Position numbers and translations under genes: made by a program. Shown piece by piece: positions 1-12,373 of a DNA stretch of 64,000 nt. The stretch is from Gekko japonicus (lineage: Eukaryota), in NCBI RefSeq assembly GCF_001447785.1, contig NW_015169819.1, positions 215,500-279,499 of the forward strand, in the 5' to 3' direction. Within the stretch, counting starts at the first letter, position 1. Every line of letters starts with the position of its first letter. The notes beneath the pieces were generated by a model that did no database searches, was not told where the DNA came from, and worked only from the letters and a program-made list of their open reading frames with translations.

Positions 1-260
1 CCGGAGGCTTCTGCCTCCTGGAGCCTGGAGAGGGTGGGGTTTGCATAGGGGTGGGACCTCAGACAGGTAGAATTCCATAGAGTACACCCTCCAAACCAGC
101 CATTTTGTCCTGGGTAACAATTGCTGCCAATCTCCAGGTGAGGGCTACAGATCACTCACAATTACAACTGCTCTTCAGGTAGCAGAGATCAGTTCCTCTG
201 GAGAAAACAGTGGACTCTGTCATTATACCCTGCTGAGGTCACCACAGCAAATTGACACTG
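1..260. mobile_element. Fragments of an abundant gecko-type MITE (TAGGGTTGCCA-end family), two pieces in opposite orientation
   Basis: Motifs such as 'ccatagagtacaccctccaaa..ccatttt' and 'gatcagttcctctggagaaaa' recur at 18299-18545 and 61066-62400. Confidence 0.6.
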
Positions 261-1524
261 TTTGCCCAAAGCCAGAGCACTGCCCCAGAGCCTCTTTCTA
301 GATTTCGTTGTATTGCTTTCACAACGGGCTTTACTGCTAGTATAAATATAATGTGAGATGCAAAGGGATAAAAGCAAATGTGACCAGAGCACAATGAAAG
401 CAAGAAAGAGGTAAGGAAATAGTTATCACAGATGCCAAGGCCAAGAGAATATTCCACAGTGATCTAATCTGTCTTTTCAATTTATTCTTCCATAATTTAC
501 ATAAATATGGTTACTTTTTTAAAAGAGGTTTTGCTTCGGTGCCTTTGATAAGAGTCTCATAATCATTTTTAGTAGATGCTACTTTTCCTGTTTTGGAGGT
601 AGCAATAGGAAAAGCTTCATATGCTAAATTGCTGTGTGTCAGGCTGCTGTTAAAAGCCCAGATAAAGAGCCTGTAAGCTGTCATCAACCTAAAAGTAAAT
701 GATCATTAGGGAGCCAGCCACAGCCAGCACTTATGATTTTGTCATAATCTGGTACACCGTGAATAGAGATGGTTATGAGAGGCTAAATGTGCTCTTAGAA
801 TAACACAGAACCATTTATTTTATTATATTTTAATTTTATTTACTTCATTTATACCTTGCCTTTATCCCCAGTGGGAACCCAAAGTGGCTTACATCAGCCT
901 CCTCTTCTCCCTTCAACTCGACAAGATGCAGAGCTCTTCTTTTCATTTCGGGTTGTGGGGGTTTTTTCGTGGTGATGGTGGTACTCACCAGTACCAAGTA
1001 CTGGCACCTTTTTGGTGGGGTCTCCCAAATCCTGAGGGGGGAACTGGTGGAAATTGGTGAAGCCTTATATACAAGGACCACCCTTTTTAAGAAACAAAAT
1101 AAAGCACTGACAAGATGAGGTCTATAGAAAGGGGGCATGGATTACACTGCTAGTTCTTAGGCAAAGCAATATAGCAGGGATTTTATTACATGGATGCCAA
1201 TATTTTAAAAAAAGCAACACTAATCTTTAGAACGGAAACAAAGAGAAGGGAAATAAAAGTATATTTTGGGGGGTGCTTCCTCCCCCCCCCATTAGAAACA
1301 GATCTCTTGTAACGTTTGGTTTTTAACAGAGTTATTTTATCTTGGGAGGGGGGTTTCTAATTTTCTGTTGTTTGCTTTTCTCCTCAGAGAGTGAGTGCTG
1401 AGGCCTCTAAAATGCAGACACCACAGCTTACCCAATTCTGGCTGAGGCCAGCACAGCTGTTTATTTAATCAGTTGATAACCTATGTACACCTACCTGAGA
1501 GAGCAAGAGTCAAGTCCAGCCGTG

Positions 1525-1632
1525 CCTGAAAGACTGACAAGATCTGCAGGGTATAAGCCTTCAAGAATCAAAGCTCAGTACCTGAAAGATCGACAAGATC
1601 TGCAGGGTATAAGCCTTTGAGAATCAAAGCTC
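1525..1632. repeat. Tandem duplication, 56-bp period, 2 copies
   Basis: cctgaaaga..gacaagatctgcagggtataagcctt..agaatcaaagctc begins at 1525 and again at 1581. Confidence 0.9.
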
Positions 1633-2015
1633 CATTCCTCAGTTTCAAGTTGGAATGGAGATCCTTGAGCGATCGTATCCCATTCAGAAAATATTGCAAA
1701 GAAGGGTGTCTGGGTGCAAAGGTACACAGCTTGATTAGAGGCAGGGGAAAAATGCTTAAGGGAACAAAATGCAGAAAATTAGCATCTGTGGTGAAGAATT
1801 CCATGTCCCTGTTCAGCCCTTCTTTTCAACAACCTTCCCACCTTCTGACTGGGATATAAGGGCACAAGCATCTCCATTCTTACTTGTACCTGATGAATGG
1901 AGCTTTGTCTGAGGAAAAAAACTTTTCCCCTGGGAATCTTCTTGGTCTCTAAGGTGCTTCTGTACTCAAATCTACTACAGACCAACATGGCTACCAACTG
2001 AAACTTGCCTGGGAG

Positions 2016-2207
2016 CAGTGTTCCCTCTAAGCTGAGTTAGTGCGAGCTAGCTCACAGTTTTTCAGCTTCCGGCTCACACATTTTCATCTCAGCTCAGGAG
2101 GGATGGCTCCGGAGCAAACTAATTTATGCAGTAGCCAAATCACTCACTCACAGCTTTAATGACAGTAGCTCACAACGTAGAATTTTTGCTCACAAGAGGG
2201 AGCACTA
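2016..2207 (+). mobile_element. Non-autonomous hAT MITE
   Basis: TIRs cagtgttccctct / agagggagcacta; 8-bp TSD cctgggag at 2008-2015 and 2208-2215; related copy at 58208-58360. Confidence 0.88.
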
Positions 2208-2546
2208 CCTGGGAGTAAGCCTTAACTCAACATGCGTAGGATTGGGCACCTACATTAAAGCCTGCTGTCTTTCAAAAGGTAAGTGCAGGCTGCTTGGGTT
2301 CATTTACATTTTAAACTGAAAAGAATAGACACTATACATAAAGAGTGCAGAGTGGAAGAAGCAAACACTCATTGAAGAAGCTCAAGCATTCCACTCTCAA
2401 ACTGTCTGTCATTCTCTCCTCAGCTAAACTTGCTCCCAAGGCACAGTAAATTAGGCTCTGCAATAAGCTACAGGCACCTAGAGAGTAATGCTGCACATCT
2501 CTCTTCCCCTGCCCTCTCTTTTAACAAGCAGTCTTGGCTGCATAAA

Positions 2547-3750
2547 CATAGAATCATAGAATCACAGAGTTGGAAGAGGCCATACAGGCCATCTAGTCCA
2601 ACCTCCTGCTCAATGGAGGATCAGCCTAGAGCAGGCCCGTAGCCAGGATTTTTAAAGTCAGGGGGCATTTACATTTCTTAGGGGGCACTGGCTAGTTGAA
2701 TTAAAGGAGTACCTGGCTCCTTCCCCACACTTGCTGCCATTCGGGGGGCCCTGGGCTGGGTGGGAAGTCAGGGGGCCTTGCTAGTAAGTCAGGGGGCCTA
2801 GCCCCAAGATGCCCCACTGTAGCTACGGGCCTGGCCTAGAGCATCCCTGGCAAGTGTTTGTCCAGACACTGCTTAAAGACTGCCAGTGAGGGGGAGCTCA
2901 CCACCTCCCTAGGCAGCTGATGCCACTGTTGCACAACTCTTACTGTAAAAGAGATTTTCCTAATATTCAGCTGGTACCTTCCTGTCCTTAATTTAAACCC
3001 ATTATTGCGAGCCCTATCCTCTGCTGCCAACAGGAACAGCTCCCTGCCCTCCTCTAAGTGACAGCCCTTCAAATGCTTAAAGAGAGCAATCATGTCCCCC
3101 CTCATCCTCCTCTTCTCCAGACTGAACATTCCCAAGTCCCTCAGCCTTTCCTCATAGGGCTTGGTCTCCAGGCCTCTGATCATACTCATCGGTCTCCTCT
3201 ACACCTGCTCCATTCTGTCCACATCTTTTTGAAGTGAGGCCTCCAGAACTACACACAATACTGCAGAGGTGCGGCCTGACCAATGCAGTGTACAGCGGGA
3301 CTGTGACATCTTGCAATTTGGATGTTATACCTCTGCTGATACATCCCAAGATCACATCACACATTACTGCATCGCACTGGCTGCTCATATTTACCTTACG
3401 GTCCACCCGTACCCCAAGATCTTGTTCACACACACTGCCACGCAGAAGTGTATCCCCCATCCAGTATGCATGTTCCTCATTTTTTTTTTACCCAGATGTA
3501 AATTGCATCTTGTTCCCATCTGCCCACTTTTCCAGCGTGTTCATTGAATTCTATCTCTGTCTTCTGGTGTGTTTGCTGCACTTCCCAATTTGGCCTCATC
3601 TGCAAATTTAATGAGTAGCCCCTACACACCTTCATCCAGATCATTTATAAAAATATTGAAAAGTACTGGGCAGAGAACTGAGCCCTGTGGCACCCCACTG
3701 GATACCTCCCTCCATTCAGATGAAATGCTACTGACAACTACTCTTTGGGC
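2547..3750 (-). mobile_element. CR1 LINE 3' fragment (degenerate ORF2 end and 3' tail)
   Basis: (catagaat)n tail at 2547; broken ORFs 2836-3189, 3152-3460 and 3622-3819 carry CR1 RT motifs ([38 protein letters not shown]). Confidence 0.95.
2632..2833. mobile_element. hAT MITE inserted in the CR1 3' end
   Basis: Perfect 12-bp TIR caggcccgtagc / gctacgggcctg; 8-bp TSD gcctagag at 2624-2631 and 2834-2841. Confidence 0.92.
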
Positions 3751-4074
3751 AATTCTGCATTGGCTTTTCCCTCCGTCGTTATACCAAATCCATGTTGGAA
3801 CAGAAATTCCCCTCTGCATTGCATGCTGCTGTCACTTTCTTTGATCGTTAGATTTTATGGTACCCTCTACACTGCATGCCACTTTCACTTTCTTTGATCA
3901 TTGGGTTTTATGGTACCATCTGCACAGATTTATGGCCCTTCAGGGGTGACTTTGCAGTCAGTACAGTGTTGCCCCAGGGTATTTGAATGTGGTTTTGAGC
4001 TGCACCTTTAGTAACACAACAGAGGGAAAAGCCAATGCAGAATCAGACTTTGAGTGTGATTCTCCACCCAGAAC

Positions 4075-4180
4075 ATCCACCTAAATATCCAGTCCACAAT
4101 CCTCTAGAGTTTACCCATCAGAACATCATGAGGAATCCTGTCAAAAGCTTTACTGAAATTCAGGTAAGCAACATCAACAT
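4075..4180 (-). mobile_element. Short CR1 reverse transcriptase fragment
   Basis: Minus strand encodes a VDVAYLNFSKAFDRIPH-like RT motif. Confidence 0.75.
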
Positions 4181-5336
4181 CTTTTGTGTGGAGGAGAAGC
4201 TCACCCCTTGGTCAGTCTGTGGGGAGGGAAACTATAGCCCTCCTTGCCTCTCTCCCTCAGGGTTCCTAGTAACAGCTTTGGAGTTCACAAGACCATCTAA
4301 GGCACAGCAGACCTTTGATACTAGGATTGCTAACCGGTCCTTTAATAGAAGTCTTATGTATGGAAACCAGAAGTTGAAGCTCCTCTTGGCACTGAGGTAA
4401 ATAACACCCTATTAAACCTCTATTAAACTGACAGGATAGTGTTGTCCAGACTAGCTGGCAACTCTACGAATTGATAGTAATGCTTTTCCTCTTATAAAGA
4501 TAGCAGTAGTCATAATGTATTATTATTTTTCCCCCTTCACTGTTGTACCTGAATACCAAAACAGCAGGCAGAGGGAGGGATGAAAAGAACATTTTCCAGA
4601 AGGATTTGTGATGAGAAATGCATCAATTGCATGTTTTGCACAGGCTAATTTATAGTCATGCAAAGTATTTCAAAATGGTCAAGCTTTTTACAATATGTTC
4701 ATGCGGATCCCTTATTTATAGGCATTACCTTGATAAGCTGTTTTTGTTGAACATTTTAATTTCACATGAGCCAGGATCCATTCAAAATAGTTTATGCTAC
4801 AGAAATATTGGCATGTAAAAGTTAACCTTTGAAAAACTGGGGACGTCATAGCTTGGCCTTAACTTCTCCACAGAGAAGCTGTTTGTGTCAAGGGCAGCAT
4901 TTAAAGGACTATGCCAGATGCCTTTGTAAATCCAGCAAGGTACACATATTCCAATCACTAGCATGCTCACGACAGCACCATCTGCTCCTCTGTGATACTC
5001 ATATCGTAGACTTTTTTAAAAAGTGAACCTGATTTGGATATTTATTTCTCACTGTTTCTCTGGGAAAGGTAATTTTCCAGACTGATGAGTTATTTATTGT
5101 ACTGATGATTACTCCTTTGAGCGCCTGAGATCCTGCGTCTTGCCATTTTATGGCTCTCTGGGTGCAAATTGGACCTTACTATTTTCTCTGGTGTCAATTA
5201 CTAGCCTGGCCTTCTGTATCTTTGTTCCAACCTGCCCTCAGTTTCCAGGATTCTATTGTCTGGTTGATAAGTGCTGAAGGAGTTGGAGAAGATGAAAATC
5301 TAGTATGGAATCGCCTGTGAAATCTCCACCAGTCCA

Positions 5337-5405
5337 NNNNNNNNNNNNNNNNNNNNNNNNNNNNNNNNNNNNNNNNNNNNNNNNNNNNNNNNNNNNNNNN
5401 NNNNN
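5337..5405. other. Assembly gap (N run)
   Basis: Run of n bases. Confidence 1.
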
Positions 5406-7546
5406 TGACTCTTGTTGACAGGTTGTAAGAACTCTCAACACCTCTGTCTCATATAAAGCATCATATTTGGATCCTGCTTAGACAGCCCTTATTGCAAGAG
5501 CCAAAGGATGCTTTTCGAAGGATATGGCTGCACCAGGTGTTTTCCTCAAGATATAGACCAAACATGATAGGCACAGGTGGAGCGGTCCTCATCCCATTCT
5601 GTATCCTTAATTACACCAACATGCCAAAGGTTTTTTTAGAAGCTGTTACCCCATCCTTAAAGGAGACCTGCCTTCTCAGTCCTATGGTTCTTGTAATGTT
5701 GGGATACACTGCAGATAGTGGGCTGTTATCCATCATGCTATAGTAATAATTTGCAATTGGAATGTCATCTCCACCCCGGAAGATCCATTTTGTAACAGTT
5801 GCTGTTGTGGAGTATCCAAGGACATGTTGATACAGCTTAGAGTGGAGCACTTACTCATGAGTAGATTTATTTGACAGTAACCCCCTGCCCTGCTTTATAA
5901 AGTAATCGATGGGAGCAGCTACAGTTGCCAGCTAGCCTGAAGAAAAATGTCCTCTCCTGTTAATAAAGGCTTTCCAGGAGATGTTATTTATCTCTAGGCT
6001 ATGAAAAGCTTTAGTTGTTCATTTCTCTACATTAAAGAGGAAAGGATAGCTAATTGCTAGTCGATCTACCTGCAAATAAGCATCCCAGCACAGAATTGAC
6101 AAAGGAGTTTTAAAAAGCCCACCTGCTTATGTTCCCTTTGTACATACATATCACCAAGCAATTCCTTGCTTTTTGTACCTAGGGAGCCCTCTGTCTTTCT
6201 AGCTTATTATACAAATGGGGATGGGTAGCCTTTCTGCAGCTACTCTGTAAATCAGGGAACAAATTCACTGCAAAACACTACAGAATAGTGGGAGTAATCT
6301 AGCATCTTTTCCTGAGCTTAAGTAATACATGCACTGAAGTCATATTCTTTGGTAGAAGAAAAGGAAATCTGCTAAAAACAGCAGGCAAAGCTTGTGCAAG
6401 AGATTAATATGCAGTCACCTGCTAGTATCTGTGTAGCAGGCAGTTCTTAAGGGCACAAGGACCAGTAAAAAGGTTGACAAACTTGACAATTCTATACCCA
6501 ACCAACTGGGCCACTTGACCACTGGCCCGTTGGAAGGGACTTACCTGCACTAAATTCCTATGCTGCTGTTTGTTTATCAAAAGGGCCATGTGCCACCTTG
6601 ATATTGCCCTACCTCTTATAAAGGAAGCAAACTCCAGCTGGAAAAAGTACATTCCATGCCCTTTAATAATCTCACCTTCACTCTGCCCCTCACACCGCTT
6701 AATTCTTGAACAAAGTGATCTATTGCCATCTTAAATGGGTTGCCATCTTATTTCTAGGCCCGGAGCCATAGAAATGTAACAAAAAAAATGAACTGGTAAT
6801 GTTTTCCTCCATTTCTGTGATGAGGAAAACAGCATCTGTTTGATTTCTACCTATGGCTGCAACCATGAAAAGCACATTTTTAAAACTTGCCGTAAAAACA
6901 AGGTGGCAAATTCAGCAGTTGCCCATGCTAATACCACATTGCTGCCTGTTTCTGAGTGCCACAGGAGAAATATTTACACATGGTTTCTGAAATCTTGCTA
7001 GCGGATGTCCAGTAGTTTTTCCTGCTTGGGTTTTGATCTCATTTTCCCTGTGTCTAGCTAAGTTTTCCCCTTTTCACCATAAAACAACTCTATTACCTTT
7101 GTGCATGTATGTATTTATGTATTGCTAGTTTTCAGATTTTTCTGCAAACTTGGGTTTTTTTTCACATTTGTAGAAAGATCTATCTTGTCTGTTCATGGCT
7201 CCAGTCTCCAGATTTAAGTGTCCACAGATCTGGCTACATTGACAATTGGATATATTGATGACGAAGTGAAGTCAGCAGAAGACACAGAGTGCATTTTGAT
7301 CCTGTCCTTCCTTGAAGGAAATCAAGGTAGCACAGTTGGTTTGCCCCTCTCATTTCAACCTTGCAACATCTCTGTGCGAGAGCCACGGGCCCAAAGTCAC
7401 CCAGTGATTAAGTGTGTTCCATACAATGTCTCCTCTCTCTTCCCAGAAAATGAAAAGAGGTCAAGAGTCAAAACATATTTTTCAGAAAACAAATGGGGTA
7501 TTTTACTGCTTCTCCAAAGCAGTTTCCTGTAGACTGCAAATACACA

Positions 7547-7635
7547 TTAGTTGCTGTAGATTTTCCAGGATGTGTGGCCATGGAAAATCTACAGCGACTA
7601 ATGAACTCCGGTCGTGAAAGCCTTCGACAACATAT
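7547..7635. mobile_element. Penelope-like remnant with inverted (hairpin) structure
   Basis: 12-bp TSD tgcaaatacaca at 7535-7546 and 7636-7647; 23-bp inverted arms; 3' end 'gtgaaagccttcgacaacata' resembles squamate Penelope termini (from recall). Confidence 0.7.
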
Positions 7636-8039
7636 TGCAAATACACAGTCTAGTCCTGTGGTCAGCAGCTAGTATTTAGATCACCTTTCCCATTTCCCAT
7701 GCAGTCAAGTGGCAAATCCTGTAGCAACTGACGTGCATTCCGTTCTCCTCTTTTACCTCTGTTTTGGTATTCAGGATGGAAGAAACAGGTGATCAGAGCT
7801 GGCTGGGCAGCCGTCTGTTGCTGACCCCTACTCTAGTCTCTTCTAAGGCCAACTAGATCCTTTGGCAAGGTAATGCCACATGCTTTGACAGGTCCAGGTC
7901 CTAATTGCTGCTGCCTCTGTTTAATATTTCCTGAAATGTTAACAGTGTCTTGGACAGGGACACTTGGGGATTTGTTCCTTGGCAGCTAGAATTCTGCCCC
8001 GTCTCACATCCACCCACCCACCTCCAAAGAAGATTCACA

Positions 8040-8456
8040 CACATTCTCTCCCCCCCCCCTCCCCGCATTGATCGCTTTAACGACAGACTTTCACCTCCCT
8101 CTCTTCCAGCCCCGTTTGACTCTTTAACTTTCCCCGATTGCACTGCAGACCTGGCGCGACGCAGCCGTGTGCCGAACGACAGGGACAATTAATTGACGGG
8201 AGGAGTAGCTCGAAGGGCGAGCTTCTCTCCGGATCTGCTCGCCGGTTGGTACATCGGGAAGCGCTTTTGCCGGCGCTCCTGTGCCTTGAGCTCCATCTGT
8301 GTGCGAGCAGAGAATCTGCTTCCAGCACTCTCTTCTTTTTCTCCCGCACAGAACCCGGAGCAGCTACAGCAGCTGGAGAGACGCGTCGAGCGCTGGTCTC
8401 CTCTGGCTCCCTCTCCACTTCAAGGGGATCCCGAGTGGCTGGCAGGCAGCAATAAG
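8040..8456 (+). promoter_or_regulatory. SSTR2: CpG island with probable SSTR2 promoter and non-coding exon 1
   Basis: Local CpG enrichment; splice donor AAG|GTACCT at 8456/8457; matching acceptor ttggatttcag at 14780; mammalian SSTR2 has an upstream non-coding exon. The TSS cannot be fixed from sequence. Confidence 0.65.
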
Positions 8457-8612
8457 GTACCTTTCTTGGGTTTCTTTTACCGTCGGTCTCAACACGTATG
8501 GATTATGTGCGTGCATGAAAAGAGAGAGGAGGAGGAGGAGAATCCATGAAGGGCCAGAAATTGTCAGCGACCGCAGCCTCCTGTGTGCGAGATGTGTTGG
8601 GGGCTGATGCGT

Positions 8613-8985
8613 GGAAGGGGGTGAGGGGAAGTATTAGGAGGAGAGCTACAGGTGGCAACTTTATTTTACGAGAAAGCAGGGAAGACTGACCACCAGCCTG
8701 CCTGGATCGACAGTTAAAGGGTTCCTCCAAAAACTTCAACAGGCAGATGTGCATCTCGAAGATCCAGGTGTCGCTGTCAGTTTTTCTCCTTACTAGGAGG
8801 AAGGGGGTGAGGGGAAGTATTAGGAGGAGAGCTACAGGTGGCAACTTTATTTTTAAAGAAAGCAGGGAAGACTGACCACCAGCCTACCTGGATCGACAGT
8901 CAAAGGGCTCCTCCAAAAACTTCAGCTGGCAGCTGTGCATCTTGGAAATCCAGGTGTCGCTGTCAGTTTTTCTCCTTACTAGGAG
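8613..8985. repeat. Tandem duplication, 186-bp period, 2 copies, about 94% identical
   Basis: Units start at 8613 and 8799; about 12 substitutions by hand count. Confidence 0.95.
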
Positions 8986-10715
8986 ACAAGATGCTTATCT
9001 CGCATTGTGCTTAGCGAGAAATATGAAGGCACAGCAAAAGACTCCCCCCCCCCTTTCCCAACAGGAAAATTAGGGATTTTGTTGAGCACTGAACAGATTA
9101 GGAAACCAGTTCTCTTTTCAGATGTTTTCTTCACTCACAATGTTTAGTATGAAGATGTTTATATAAGACAGTCTACAGTGTTAAAATAATTATTCCTGGG
9201 GAAGATATACACAATATGTGCCTGATTTTGTCCACAGTTAATATACCATAATGTGTAAGATGGCAAGAGTTCAGTGTTCTCAGTATTATAGTTTAGTTTG
9301 ATATCCAAATATGCCAAATATTCTTAATGACTGTATCATGATGTTTCAGTACAAATAACACATTACCTTTTGTTTCCTACAATTTTTTTTTATTTTTAAC
9401 TCCCCCCCTTCTTTTCAGATGGAAAAAAAAGATACATGTGCTAAGGTTGCATGAGTATCAATTTACAGTTCTCTCTCTTTAACAGGGGGTTTATTTACAA
9501 TTTTTGGTGTAGACAACAAAGTCATTTATATTTCATAATGTTACAAATATGCCAAATAGTACAATGATATATGCTAATTGATATGTTAAAGCAGTTAAAT
9601 AAGTTTAGGTTTGATAAGAAAGTAGTGTGTATATTTAATTTTCTCACCAATTTTCCACCCCACCCCTAACAAAGTCCCCCAGGATTGTTGTTTCCCCCTC
9701 CCAAAATGTCCAGATATTTTACATCTTTATTTAGCTTTAGCAAAGTGGCAAAATTAAGGCTACAAGCCAATGCACACCTCCTTGAGAATAAGTCTAATTG
9801 AACTCGGGGTGATATACTTCTGAATAAATGATCCTAAGAACAGGATGTCATGATATACTCTTGTGTGCATTTGCTTGCCAGTATATCCCATTCAGATCAC
9901 AAAATACCAGTTGCACTATATATGTATATATAGTATGAATTGTAATAGCTTATCAAATTGAATGTTGTATACATTTTTTTTAAAGTCTTAAAGGTGCAAC
10001 AGGAATCTTTTTGTATTAATTTCTGTAAACATGTCCACAGTTGAGTAACCATTAAAAGCAGTAAGACTTACTGCTGAGTAAACATGTGCTGGGTAGGACT
10101 TCATGAAAAAACCCTGGAGTGCCTAAGATCTTTGTTCTGAGGCTCTTTTCTTCTATCTGCTCTTCAAGACCTGTAGAATAAATGCCTCTGTAACCTCTGC
10201 TTCACACTCGGTGGGAGTCTGCTGTTGTGTCTAACTCGCCCATTAAGTGTAGTGGGATATTCTGGAACAATCTGTAGAATGAGGTTTTTGAAACAAAACA
10301 CAAAAACGAAACTGGGAATCCCCTCTGCTTCCTAAACTGACTCCATCTTTTTCAGCCCAGCTATTTAGCAGCTGACAGCTTGTGTATTTACTAATAGAAG
10401 GAGCCATGAAATAAGGATGTTCCTGGTTCAGATTCACCGTTGGTCATGAGCTTGCTGGGTGTCCATGGAAGATGCTATTTCCAACCCTTTAGGCTTGCAC
10501 TTGCAGATACTATCCTACCCTATTGGATTGTTGTACAGAGATAACATATGTGAAGTGATATCAGCACTTGAAAGCATAATATGAATAGAGATATTGTTTA
10601 CTCTCTTCTAGTACATAATTCTCTATAATTAGCATCAGCCGCTCCCCTGATGGGTTTATCAACTCTATAGTACTCTCTGTACTACTTTGAGAGCCAGTGT
10701 GGTGTAGTGGTTAAG

Positions 10716-11060
10716 TAAAGGTAAAGGTTCCCTTGCTTGAAAGCCAGTCGAATCCGACTCTAGGGTTGCGGTGCTCATCTCCATTTCCAAGCCGAAGAGC
10801 CAGCGCTGTCCGAAGACATTTCAGTGGTCAAGTAGCCAGCATGACTAAACACCAAGGCGCACGGAACGCTGTTACCTTCCCACTGAAGTGGTACCTATTT
10901 ATCTACTTGCAATTTCTTGCTTTCGAACTGCTAGATTGGCAGGAGCTGGAACTAGAGACGTGAGCTCACTCCGTCATGCGGCACACTCGGGTCTCGAACT
11001 GCTGAACTACCGACCTTCCACAGCCTGCAGTTCAGCGTCTGAACCACTTGAGCCACCGCT
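10716..11060 (-). mobile_element. Sauria SINE, near full length
   Basis: (aaaggt)n tail, high identity to the other copies, 13-bp TSD tagtggttaagta at 10705-10717 and 11061-11073. Confidence 0.92.
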
Positions 11061-11160
11061 TAGTGGTTAAGTAGCGGGCTCTAATTTGGAGAAGTGGTTT
11101 CTCTCAGAGCTCTCTCAGCCCCACCTATCTCACAGGGTGACTGTTGTGGGGAGAGGAAGG

Positions 11161-11297
11161 ATATGTTATCTCTGTACAACAATCCAATAGGGTAGGATAG
11201 TATCTGCAAGTGCAAGCCTAAAGGGTTGGAAATAGCATCTTCCATGGAATCTGAACCAGGAACATCCTTATTTCATGGCTCCTTCTATTAGTAAATA
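11161..11297 (-). repeat. Inverted copy of 10385-10549 lacking 26 bp
   Basis: 11161-11248 is the exact reverse complement of 10462-10549; 11247-11297 is the exact reverse complement of 10385-10435. Confidence 0.95.
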
Positions 11298-12373
11298 GAG
11301 AAAAGCAGGGTATAGAGAACCAACTCTTCTTCTTCCTTCATGTGCAAAGTATTTTACTGTCATCTGCCCAGAAGTAACACAATAGCTCTCCATCCATTTT
11401 TAAAAGGGGAAATGAGACCATGTGACTTACCAAAGGTCATGCACTAAGTGTATGGCTAAATTGTAATCTGCAGCATGTCTCCCTGGTGTTCCCAGTGTCC
11501 ATCACTTCCATCCTGTTGTCTCCCTAAACAAGATGTATGTCTGTTGTATCTGGAATTTGCAATATTCACTTCTTCCCTAACTATTCTATCAGCATGCCAG
11601 ACCATCTTCTGCTTGTACCCTGAGAAACAGAATCATGTGTGTGACATGGGACAGACTGTCTCATTACAGGAGACTAAAGAACCATCCTATGTTTACTCCT
11701 GTACCAGTCTTTTTCTTCTTACAAAGTCTAGTTTGATGTGATTTACCAGAGGAGACAAAAAACCATGGATGCAAGATCTTATCCATTAGGGGTTTGTGTG
11801 TCAAGAGAGAGAGAGAGCAGTTGTTTTCTGTTCTAATTAAGACATCTAATACTTGCCAGCGACAGGACTACCTTGTAGACTCCAGAGTGAATGCAGCTGT
11901 TGGAGCCTGGGACCAATATGGTTGGACAGAATAGTGTATCCAGTTTTTAAATGGGAAAGTGTTGTTTTGGCAAAGATTGTAATTTTTTAGGAAAATGCAA
12001 CAAAATTTATTTCCTTTCGGGAGAAGGACTTTCCTACCCTTTGAAGTCTGGAATGCATCTTTCTATTTAAAGTGTCCTGAAATATATAGCAAGACCATGA
12101 TATCCTAGATATGTGATAAACAGAAACACTATTGCATAAAGGACTAGATAACCTACTGATTTCAACACACTTAACATCATGTTGGACTGTGGCTCCTTGT
12201 CTTAAAGGGGGACTAATAATTATTTTGATGAGAGCAAAGTAATGGAAGAAAATTATATTCTGGATTAGATCTATAAACCACCCAAGAAAGAGGACATCTA
12301 GAAATCAAAGCAAAGAGATCCCTAAACAATATAATTTCAATGTATTACTGCCACCCAGAAGACAAATAAAGTA

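Larger units (their letters stand above)
10691..11338 (+). mobile_element. tRNA/CORE-type SINE (Squam3-like), interrupted by a Sauria SINE and a templated insertion
   Basis: Head gagccagtgtggtgtagtggttaag (A box), body ctctctcagccccacctatctcacagggt, (ttc)n tail. Confidence 0.8.

Noticed and set aside
5082-5128. C/D-box-like TGATGA...CTGA motifs
   Set aside because: The span is too short, there is no terminal stem and no host intron is evident.
1-8000. Exons of SLC39A11, the expected upstream neighbour by synteny
   Set aside because: I recognised no ZIP11-like coding sequence or separate CpG island.
7901-8844. Cluster of 80-118 aa ORFs on both strands
   Set aside because: They arise from stop-poor CpG-island sequence and show no recognisable protein motifs.
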